A stretch of DNA of 64,000 bases from Kondoa subrosea (taxonomy: Eukaryota). The stretch spans positions 62,001 through 126,000 of the forward strand of contig BCIN01000007.1 of the NCBI GenBank assembly GCA_039545335.1, written 5' to 3'. The position numbers and the translations under genes are program-made. The notes under the pieces are model-generated. The model searched no databases and was not told where the DNA came from. It saw nothing but the letters and a program-made list of their open reading frames with translations. Below are positions 39,242-50,136 of this stretch, piece after piece (the first letter of the stretch is position 1; each line of letters opens with the position of its first letter).

Positions 39242-40728
39242 ATGGATCAAGAAGCTTTTCGTGCTTTGTTAGCTACTCCTCGTGATTCTGCTACTCCAGC
39301 CCGTGCATTCGGCAGTCGTCTGCCTAAGCGAAACCATGATCTTTCCTCTGCACCGAAAGAGACTGCTTTGAATTTGAAACCTAGGCCTAGTAAACCAGCT
39401 GCAGGTATAAAGGGGAAAGGGAAAGGGAAAGTACAGGATACAGAAGAGGAAGGATCAGCTGGGAATGGATATGTAGATAGAGCTAAACTTCGTCGACTGG
39501 GCAAGGCGAACGAATACTCTGATGTGGATTCTATCAAAGCTGCTTTTGATGCTCGATTAGCTGCTAGTGACGGCGATGGACCAGTAGAAGATCAATCGCA
39601 ATACCTGGTTAGTCTCGCTGTCCCTTTCAATGGAGTATGCTGATTTGTTATATGCTCATAGGGAGGAGATGCTAAACATTCTGTACTCGTTAAAGGACTC
39701 GATCATTCCCTTTTAGCTCAGACTAAAGCCAAACAAGAACTTGAAGCTGCTAATCAAGCAGAAGAAGAACTCGATTCCCTTTTATCCATACCTACAACTA
39801 CTACTTCTACCACTTCAGTCACGACATCAAAGAAAAGATCAAGGCAAGATCGAATTGATGAATTGAAAGAGAAATTAGCAAGGAAGATTGCGGAACCGAA
39901 AGTAAATGATGAAGAAGAACAATTTCGATCAAAGTTTAGAAAAGTCGGTCAACAACAGCAGCAACAGGAGACTAAAAGTGTTACCACTGTTTATGGGAAA
40001 GTCAAGAAGTTGCGTAAGAAGAAGAAGATCGCTCCTGTTTCGGATACTGTACCTCAAGCAATAACAGCAAAAGTAGAAGAGTCTACAGACATAGCGCCTG
40101 CTTCTCTGTCTGAACCTATACCAGAGCCGAAGATGGCAGAAGACGACCCGCTAGACGATGTCGATCCTGATATGGACATATTTGGCGGTGTAGCAGAATA
40201 TGGTGCATCTGGATCTTCATCGGATGAAGAAGTCGAAGAAGGCGAAACCAAACCTTCACTTCCTTCCACTTCTCTTGCTCCAACAAAAGCCAATTGGTTC
40301 GATGATGATCAAGAAGAAATTCATGCCGATCCAATAGCTGCACCAGTTTTACCTAAAAGACAAGTTGTTCTAGTAGAAGAAGAAAACCCTACTTCAACTC
40401 GTTTGAAAGGTCTTGAAGGATCTAGTGTGGATGTGAAAAGTTTGTTGGAAGCGGATAAAGCTGCTGAAAAGGAAGAAAAGAGGAAAGAAAGGAAAGCGAA
40501 ATATGCGAAACCGGTCGCTGAAGGTGGTGGTACTGGAGAGGTCGCGGAAAAGAAGAAGAAGAAACTGACTGATGTGAGTCTTCCTATACCCTTTGTATTC
40601 TCAGATGGGACGAGATGCTGATGCAAAAGCGACAGGCCGATAAGTTAAATCGAGATCATCAGGAATTGGAAGCTTATTGGAAGAAGAAGAAAGGTGGTGC
40701 AGATGCTCAACAAGAGGATGATGAGTAG
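39242..40728 (+). CDS. RED/IK-like splicing-associated protein (RED_N region)
   Basis: MDQEAFRALLATPR, YVDRAKLRR, YLGGDAKHSVLVKGLD, DIFGGVAEY, KLNRD. Confidence 0.8.
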
Positions 40729-41081
40729 GAGATCAAGCGAGGATTGAGAGCTGCTACTATCGCCTTTTGAGCTAATCTAGTACTTCATGCGTTCATCGCA
40801 AACACGTTCTTCTGGTCTGTCTCCCTTTTTGTTTTCATCAGTTTCATACTGCCGTGCGATATCATGAGTACTGCGACTGCTCTGACTTAGATGCGCGCTT
40901 ATTACGCTTTCGACCTCTTTTCGATTTCTTGCTTCGAATGACCGACTTGTTGTTTGCCGTCAACACGCAGCAACATCGATAGACCTTGCTCAAGACTGAA
41001 CTAGTACAGAAGAGCTCAACTGGCCGCGCTCAATGTGCAGCAGAGCAAGAACATCTATAGCTAGGACGACTCTCGTCAGTT

Positions 41082-42684
41082 ATGCCCTCAAATCATAGTC
41101 AAACCAATGGCCACAGCTCTGACAACGTGGCGAGCAGCTGCACAATGGTGACCTTGCCCAAAGAAGTCCTCATCTTGATCATCTCATTCTTGCCTGTCGA
41201 GCGGTCTCATTCTAACTTGGCTTCACTCTGCCGCGTATCTACTCTATTCCGTAGCCTGGCACAACCTCTACTCTATCAATCTCCAAGTCTGAACCACCTC
41301 TTCGACAAGAAGTTCACCAGCTGCATCAATGCTCGGCCAGATTTCGCTTCCTTAGTCAAGGAAGTTCAAGTCACAAGTTATCTTCGATTGGAGCAAATGG
41401 ACGCCCAGCAATACTGGACAACTCGTGAACGAAGGGCTGCCGTGAACAGGGCACTTTCTGGCATGAAATCGCAATTCGATTGCTTGAAGACTTGCAGCAA
41501 TGTTACTGATTTCTCTTTTACTGCTTGGTGCTCACCGCCTGGCGGAGTGGATGAACAGCAACATCCAATAGCAGACGATGTTCCCTTTCCGACTTCTCTT
41601 CAAATACAAAGTCTGCCTTTCATCGCTGGCTTAACTAATCTCTGCATCGCTTGTCCTTTCTGGAGCCAAGCTGATTTCACCGATTTTGGCGAAGTTCTTC
41701 TCCGAACACCTCTTCTTGATACTCTTACTCTCCAACTTGTCGACATCGTCAGCCTCTTTGCGCCTTACCTCAAACGGAAAGCAACAGATTCAACTTTCAC
41801 TCTTTCGCCTCGATACCTGATATGGATCGAAACGTGTTATGAGGACGACGCAGTAGAAAATGGGCTGACAGAACAGACCCAAGAACTCTTTCAAACAATG
41901 GGATGTTTGCCTCGGGTCGAGAAATTGAAGGTCGTCAACGGCTATTTTCATGACCAGTATCGAGCCCATGGACAAACATCATCACCTTTAGCCAATATCA
42001 TAGATTTTATTGTTGAGCAAACCGATTTTGAGGGCGACGATGTCGGTTACATAGCCAATCAAGCACCTGAACTTCAACACCTTACTCTTTGTTGGCCAAC
42101 ACCTTATAGCGTCGATATCACCACAAAAGCCATCTTCTCCAAACTCACTACTCTCACTCTTAAAATCCCAAGAAATTTCGATCCAAGAAGACAATCTTTA
42201 ATGTACGCCATGGACAAACTTACTTTTGTTTTCAACCGAGATTTCTTCCCTAAATTGGAATTCGTCTTACTCGATCTCACTCAAGCTTGGCATTTAACAA
42301 CAAAACAAACTCAACATTTAGCCAAACAATGGACAGGCTTTGCTGAAAGTTCGAAAATTAGATCAAGAGTAGCTTATAGAGCAGATGTTTTCAATACTGT
42401 CGTTACTAGGGAAATTGATGGGACTTGTTGGATTGAAACTCTGGTTGGTGGAGAAAAGACTGTTTATAAACCTACTGCTAGATGTGAGATACTTTCCTTC
42501 TACGGTGATGTGTAAGAATGTACAGAGCTGATTCTTTATGGATTCGACAGTGCATGAAGTAGCTGATGATGATGAAGATCAAGAGGAAGAAGATGAGCTG
42601 CTAGATTACGATAGCGATCTATCTGGATTTGATGATGCGGATTACGATACTGACGAGGGTTATGATGACCGAAGAGGAAGATAA
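41082..42684 (+). CDS. F-box protein (family member 3), closest paralog of 5074-6633
   Basis: LPKEVLILII..LASLCRVSTLFRSLAQPLLY; LCIACPFWSQADFTDFG; YRADVFNTVVTREIDG..WIETLVGGE. Same terminal intron and acidic exon as member 1. Confidence 0.75.
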
Positions 42685-43135
42685 TGGAGACACTGAAGTG
42701 TCTGGGAAAGGAGAAAGGGATGCAATAGAAAGCATTTGGTAAAGGTCACTTGAGTGCCAGAATCTGTAAATAGATGGGAGTTGATTTAAATGCTGCGGAA
42801 GCGTCATGGTCAAGTATGGTCGATCTTGTGTCTCCTTGCCCCATACAAAACATTCATGCTTCATTGGCTTCAGCCTGGAAGTTCAGGCTCGCAAAACTTA
42901 TAAACATCATGGCACTTCTTTCCCATACGATTACCTGATCGCGACTGTTTGGCTTGATCAGAATTGGGCTCTGCGCAATCCAGTTGAAGAAGAGGAAGTC
43001 TCCGGTGCGAGAGTATACCGTTGAAAGCACAGCGAGTGAGGCTGGCAACTTTCGAGCTTCAGAGTATTGTTGTCTCTTGCTTGTCTCTACCTGCACTGAT
43101 TGAAAATACCAGGCTCTAGCAAGCTTTGCCCAAGC

Positions 43136-44436
43136 ATGGACTCGCTCCCTACAGAACTTCTAGCTCACATCTTCTCACTCTTAAGTCCAATTAGCAAGAA
43201 ACAGCTAGCGCAATTATGTCTGGTCTGCAACATTTTCGTGATCATGCCCCCCCTCTTCTGTATGAGCAGCTTTCTCTGCCCAGTCCTGGTCTTTTTGAAT
43301 CCCTATGCACGGAATTCGGTGTGCACCGCGGCGGCCTGGTAAAAAAGGTTCTTATCGAGAGCATATTCACATATCTTCTCCTGGACGAATACGACTGGAT
43401 TCATTTAGAGTTGGATATTGCAATACAACAAAGCCAAATTTTTCACAAAACCCAACTTATGCTGCTCCGCTTCTGTGATAATGTACGCGAATTATCATTT
43501 AGTTTTGACTGCGAAAATGTCAATGCAGGCGAATATGGGAGCTGGTACGATGATATGCCAATACCCGACAGGCAAGATCTGCTCGCGCTGCCATTTTTGG
43601 ACAAGCTCACCTGTCTTTCTTTGTGTTCTTTTCCTGGCGCTGACTGTGATTACACCTCTTTTGGGCTTTTCATTTTGGCATGTCCCAACCTGTTCAAGCT
43701 ATCGCTGGTATCGATCGAATGTATCTCTCTGTTCCAACCACTTATCGATGCCTTACTTACTGGACGGCCCCTACCCCTCAAACACCTCGTATGGGATCAA
43801 ACCGGACACTATGACAGTCACGATTCCATGCCTTACACAGATCTCCATGGAATCCTTCCCCTTCTGACATGCATCAACGCTCTGGATATAAACAATGGCT
43901 CTCCTCATCTTTTGAACCTCAAACGGCCACTAGCCGTAGCGAACTGTATCCAATCTCTAAGATGGGGGGAGGCAATCCCGGCCATCGCCTACTCTGAAAT
44001 CTTACCCTGCTTGCCTACTCTAACAGGACTCAAGGCAGTCTTGGACATCCGCGATGCAGACTATATCAATCAAATGGCTACCGTGAAGCTTGAACATTTC
44101 CAATTACAAGACCTGTCTCTATCTATCAACCGCCAACATGGCAGTATCGAGGAATTGCTCCAAACCTGTCAGAAATCTTTCTCGTTCCTATACAGAGCCA
44201 GTCTTCCTGCTCTGCTTAAGTTGAAGATCGAGATTCACGGCTGTTCCAGCACCTCAGTGAGCGCGGATGAACTTCAAGGATTCAGGAGGGCTCTGAAATC
44301 CGATGGATTTGAGCAATGTGATGTACAGTTGAAGATCGTTTGGGGGGAAGGAGAAGGATTAGAGGGAGAAGAACAGCAGAAATACATTTTTCATCGCCAG
44401 GCAGACAAATCTTTTGTGCGAGTGGAGCGTATCTAA
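43136..44436 (+). pseudogene. F-box protein (family member 4) with an apparent 1-nt frameshift in the F-box
   Basis: MDSLPTELLAHIFSLL..LAQLCLVC continues as HFRDHAPPLLYE only after a frame change at about 43229. Family motif LPFLDKLTCLSL..DYTSFG. Confidence 0.65.
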
Positions 44437-44597
44437 GAGGGAAGAACATGTAAGCAGCCTGCTTTGTTCGTCACAAACGCTTATGGTTTTACCTCAGATG
44501 TGCGATCTATAATGTATATCTCATGTTCCAACCGATGTGTCAACAATTCTCAAACATACAAAGACTTTCTATATCCTTTCTCGGCTAAAGAACGTAG

Positions 44598-45012
44598 TCA
44601 GCTCTCCTGCGTGTATATAAAGCGCTTCAGTTTCTTTCTTTCTCGTCAACTCCAACAATCCAAATTCAGCATGTCTTTACTAGCTCGATCTTACCTGAAT
44701 TGTGCACAGCCTTCCGAGTCCTGGATGAAATGCACCCTATCTTATCTTCGCCCTCAACACCGCCATGGCAGCTCACACAAGACGTCCAGCTATAGATGGC
44801 GAGTAATCGATCTCCAACCTTGTCTCCAGTAACGAATACGTGCTACAGCCGAGGAAGATAACGGATCGTATCATTTCAGCGCCGAAGTACCAGGTGCTCG
44901 AAAAGAGCACCTGAGGGCGGGTGTAAGTGTCGAGTAATGGTTTCGCGAGTCCAGCTTACATTTTGCTCAGATTTGGCGAAGATGGTCGAACTCTTACTCT
45001 GACGGGCTCTGT
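44598..45012 (+). pseudogene. Truncated, frameshifted duplicate of the HSP20 gene at 4053-4790
   Basis: Collinear similarity over the TATA box, ATG (44671), exon 1, intron 1, GAGGA.GATAACGGATCGTA..GAAGTACCAGG.GCTCGAAAAGAG, intron 2 and GGCGAAGATGGTC.AACTCTTACTCTGAC. Indels in exon 1, GT>GC donor change, 3' half missing. Confidence 0.9.
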
Positions 45013-45188
45013 ATTTCTATGGTCTCGACGCCGAATTCTCTTATCGCAAGGATTTCGGACGGAGGAAGATGACGTGCGTTTGCAGCTGCGTGGCATGCAA
45101 ATTGCGGTGAAGCAATAATCGGAATGCCTCGAGGCGGAGTATTTTTCTCCTGCTGCTTTGCTTTGTCCTCTCTTCACCTACATATATC

Positions 45189-45929
45189 ATGAGGAGTTTT
45201 TGGCTACTGCTCTCTTTTGCGATTGGCTTTGTCAGTGCAGCGATTGCTCGGACGTTAGGTGAAATCTTTTTCAATCAAACCCGGACAGGACAGCACTGAC
45301 CGCTCATACAGGTACTACTGCTGCCAAATTGGAATGGATAATGACTCGAGGACGTCAAAGGGATATGACGCCTGGAGTTTACCTCGATTATGGTTTCGCA
45401 AAGTAGGTTTGTTGACAGCGACGAAATCCTATGCTGAATATGATTATCCAGTTGCAAAGATAGAGAAGATTACAATCGTCTCTTCAGCATTTACACATCA
45501 CTGGTTGATGCCGAGCCACCAATGGAAATCATCGCCATCGATCGATTACATGCTGCTTGTATTTCTGGTCGTTTGGCGGAACTCATACTAGAGCAGTGCG
45601 ATTTACAGGCTCAACACTATGCACGAAGCGGCGGTTACGCACCACTGTTCCATCTGACCTGTGACTGGTTCCGAAGAAACACGCATATAGTCATAAATCC
45701 TTACCCATTCGAACGAAATCCAGAAGAGGAGGAATGGCGTGATCCGGCGGATAAGACTCATCCTTACTACATTCAAGATGAATACGAAGCTAAAATGTTG
45801 GAACCTCGTATCAACAACCCTTCAGATTGGACTTTTTCTAGCACCTTTATGCAGGATATCGGGAGGATCAGGAGAGGAGAGCTTCCGGAACATTTACAAC
45901 ACAAAGTGGCTTGGATGAGGGACCTTTGA
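45189..45929 (+). CDS. Small secreted protein of unknown function (3 exons)
   Basis: Signal peptide MRSFWLLLSFAIGFVSAAIA; spliced DYGFANC..RLFSIY..RLHAACISGRL..GGY..WFRRNTHI. Confidence 0.6.
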
Positions 45930-46311
45930 GTCGTCGCAAGAACTAGTTCTGAAGCGCAACATAGGCAAGGCTATTTCTTTGTAAGATGTAGTCGTGATTC
46001 ATACATGCAAAGTTTCTTCGGTATCATGATACATGCTTTCGTTTCCAACTTCATGCGATAGCTTCGTAACCGAGACTGAGAAGTGCTCCACTCCAGCTGC
46101 GTTAAGGCCTTAAGGTGACCAAGCTTCTCTGTTAACATCCATACTGACTAGACCTCTCTGCTTCTGTCCGAACTCGACCTGCCACAGCGCTTCTTACTAC
46201 ATCCAGTGCTTGCTCTTGGCTCTTGGCTTGTCAGCTAGAGTTATTGCATTCGTATCCTACTATCGAACGATATCGAATCGCTACCGACTCTTCTAGATCA
46301 GCAAGACCATC

Positions 46312-47064
46312 ATGACTACACAGCTGCCTCCGTATCCTCAGCCTCTAGGCCTATTTCCGCAATTCCTAGCTAAACAGACCGAGAGTCTTGTGCTGAAAGA
46401 GAAGGTGAGCTCTAACACGGATTTACATTTGTCTCAGCTTAATTCTCAAGCGTAGGTTCTCAGCCTGAGTGGTGATCAGTTCGATATTAAGCTCCTCTCC
46501 GGTCAACCTATCTTTCAGGTTGAAGGCAAAGTTGTTTCGTATGTTTTTCGATTGTTTGAATTATCCATGCTGAGCTTGACATTGCAGGCTATCGGGCCGC
46601 AAAGCTTTCTCGGATATGAACGGCAATACACTCTTCACCTCAGAAAGGAGCCAATAGGCATTAGAACTACTTTTTATGGCCAAGATGTAGACAAGAAGAG
46701 ATTGTTTGAAGTCAAGAGCAAATTCAGTCGTACATTCTTCCTCTGCAGTCAGTCGTTTTAGCTCATAGCTTGCATAGTTGGCTCCAGCAAGGCTATTTGC
46801 ACTTTCATTTCGACAGCATCGGGTCAAGAAGAAAGTCTTCTGATGAAAGGCGATCTGATGAAAGGCGATTTCTTCGATTCTACTGCCAGCATTACTTGCG
46901 AACGTACTGGTCAAGTAGTCGCTACCATTGATCGCAAGTTCCTCAAAGCGAGCGAGATCTTCACCAGCAAGCAAACTTATGCGGTGTCGATTGCGCCCAA
47001 CGTGGATATGGCATTGATTGCTGCCATGTGTATCTGTCTTGATGAGAAGAGGAACGAAAACTAG
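46312..47064 (+). CDS. LURP-one/Tubby-C-like (LOR) protein with an apparent frameshift
   Basis: LVLKEKVLSLSGDQFDI, SLSGRK, MKGDFFD, TYAVSIAPNVDMALIAAMCICLDEK. The frame breaks near 46636. Confidence 0.8.
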
Positions 47065-47393
47065 CGGACCAGAATGGTGCGATGTTACATATGTACCGTT
47101 TGTACGAATCGAAATTGTTGACCTTGGACTCTCATTCATCCTGCGAATATAGTGGACGCCTCACCTATCCATGCTAAGGTCGAATATACGCTTTTCGGCG
47201 GACTTGTACTGGTCCACGCGGACTCTACGGATTTTTACATCGGATTAGAAATTTTCTTCGCTTCTTTCATCGAAATCTCTATTTAAACACCCTCGCGCTT
47301 TCTTTCTCTCTTTCTCATCCCCATCTTACTCTACCTGTCATTTCTGTCACAGCGGCAAGGATCTCATCAAGCTCAATCACTTCTTTCACGGCC

Positions 47394-48177
47394 ATGTCTT
47401 CTTCAGCTACATCTTCTGACTTCAGTTTGCATGTCTATTCAAATGACCACGACTATATCGGTCAGTTTTTGGACCACATGTGGTTCGTTCTACAGAAGCT
47501 CGTAAGCTCTCATTGTCTTGTCGACTGTTCTGTACTGATATGAGTTCAGTCCAAGGAAGACCCTTCTAAAGTCGCATTAAAGCTAAACCAATTGGCTGTA
47601 GCCTATGGTATTGTGCTAAGACCGGGCGAATCCGTCCAATTCGCGGCCAACGATGTTGCTGTGAGTGCACGGACGTCTCTTGGTCGAACGCAAGCTGATC
47701 AAGATAGGGTTTCACGCGGGCATCTGGCAATTTCTCGCTGGTCAGAGAGACCTTTCTGGAGCAGAAGTACTGCAAGATTCTTCAGCGAGGCGGAAGTCGC
47801 GAACATATCGTTGCCGGCGGCCTTCCTAGTCTCTTGCGCTTATCAAGCTTTTATCACAAAGCAAGGATTCATCTCAACGCAACTCACGAAACGCTAGTTC
47901 AAAACGGTACTCCTGTTTGTGTATTGAGCTAAAATTCTCTTCCTTCTATTTACTTCCTATTGCGCAGTGGAAAGTTGTTGGAGATCATGAGGCCTATCGA
48001 GAAGCTCGGGTGCATGTCGGTGCAGTCATCGCAGCTAACCATATGATCACCAACAATATCAGCGATGAGGGCCAATTTTCCTTCCAACACCCAGCTCTTC
48101 GCGATCGCCCTAAATATCGTTTCCCGGCTCCAGAAAAAGCAACTACTCAAGAGCAGCTCTTCTCACTGGTGTACTAG
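47394..48177 (+). CDS. Hypothetical protein, about 200 aa, 4 exons
   Basis: Continuous open frame across three canonical GT-AG introns; no recognised motif. Confidence 0.5.
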
Positions 48178-48348
48178 TATAATAAGCTCGTATGTATATT
48201 GTACTTGCGGATGCCAGAGTCTCTGCCTATGTTTCACACCTTCTGTATTGTTATCGCGAGCGATTCGAATGCTATACTAGATGTCTTTGATCGGTGACTG
48301 TCCCAGTATTCCTCTGACTAATCCTTCGCGACTCTTAGAAGAAACGAA

Positions 48349-49537
48349 ATGAAGGGCCGCTTGACCAAAACAACGACTCTTGATCACCAAGTCATGTAGA
48401 CTTCAGCCCTCTTCAAGCTCTCAAAAGAGCTCTGGACTGCTTCTATCGAGCCTTTGCTGGATCTTGCTGATCTTGTTCACCTGTCGCAAACTTGCAGAGA
48501 TCTGAGACAAAATGCAGGTGAGCTTGGTGATGTTCAGGCAGATTGTCATAGAGCTCACTATTAGCTTTAAGGAGGTCGACTAGAATGGCAACAGAGAGCA
48601 TATCGATTTGGTTTTACGCGTTCTGTTATTCATTATGCTCGACCTTGGAAAGCTCTTTTTGCTGCTCTGCTTCATCACGCAGGCAAATGCGATGCTTGTA
48701 AACCTCATTTCGTGAGTCCATAGCCACAATTGACTCGACAGACTGATCTTTTGCTAGGTCGAGCAAATGCAGACCGGACTACAAGGTAAGGCTTTTACAT
48801 GGTCGCAGTGCTCATATTGATGGCTTTAATAGTCCGAATGACTGGTCATCAAGTCTACGAGCTCAGCGACGCATTGATCAAGTACCCAAACTTTGATGTT
48901 ATCGCAAAATTCGGTTGCAATATCAGCAGTCCAAAAGAGGATGAAGAGGACGAAGAAGGCGATCTCTTGCCTCTTCGCTCCCCAGTCTACTTCTATTTTG
49001 TTAACAACGTTATCGATCGTCCTCAAATCGGTCACAAGGAAGCTTCAGCTCTGGAAATCATGCATGATCCTCAGAACCCTTTGCATTTCTTGCGTAATCA
49101 TGTCGTTCTTGCAAGTCTTGTTCCAACCACTGTACTATTGAAGAAGATCAAATGCCTTGTTGAAGAACCTGACGAGTGTTATTCCGAGCAGCCTTGTGTT
49201 GTGCGACCCAACTTTGCCGAAAACAAAGATGGTTTATCTATTTTGGATGTGATGAATGTTGGCTCTAAGTGTATGTCATATGTTTATTGTCTATTCGATC
49301 GCTTAGCAAAGTCCAGGGAATGTTAAACCTGGTGGTCAGATGTCCGGCATGGTCACGTATGGCGGCCTGAGCTTCGACGCGAACACCAAGGTCAGCTGCT
49401 GCCGTCCTCGATGCCTCATCGTTTATTCGTTCGCACGCAGAGCATCAAGTTTGTATACTGTACGGAAGGCGATCTTTACTGACCTGAAAGCGCCATGCAC
49501 AAAAAGCCTTGCAACAAAGTCATTCTTCAGCCTTTAG
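48349..49537 (+). pseudogene. F-box-like gene with an in-frame stop near the N-terminus (3' end uncertain)
   Basis: M..VM*TSALFKLSKELWTASIEPLLDLADLVHLSQTCRDLR, with TAG at 48397-99. Downstream spliced exons are present. Confidence 0.5.
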
Positions 49538-50136
49538 TCAATCCTCTACTATGTAACCATAAGCTGACGATATGCATAGCGTCTGCTTTGACAAGGCTCA
49601 TATCTCGGCTTTTTCGATGCTGATGATTTTGATTTCCTTCTACTGCCTTTTTCTTTTGGCGCTTGCTTGACTCTGATCTCTTGATGAATTGATGAAGTGC
49701 CTCTTGAACCGCGATGCATCCCCAGCGAGAGAGGGATGCTGCTGCATTCTCGTTCTCTTATTTCGGTCGAGCATCTTCGATGCTTGCTATACTTTGATCT
49801 TTCATCGAACATGATCTGTGCTATGGAATAATTCGTCTTGGCCTGCCTGGAAGATTGTCCGCAATGTTGAACCGAAGATCACGCGAGCAAGCAATTTGCA
49901 TCTGAGGTCATGTATATGTGCCGAAACTTCGTCAGCCGAAGTGCGGTACTACGACTGTCTACGCTTACAGTGCTGTAGGTGTGTCCACCGACGTCCACTG
50001 CTCTCATTGGTATGTCGGCCAGGCAGATCGGCTTAGGCGAAACCTGCGCGGCACGCGTTTTGAGAATGCGGGGAAACCCATCTCAGAGCATCTCAGTCCG
50101 CCCGTCTTCTCCTTTGATAACGCCAAACAAGTCAAG

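Noticed and set aside
46102..46113. 12-bp palindrome TTAAGGCCTTAA
   Set aside because: A palindrome of this length is expected by chance in 64 kb.
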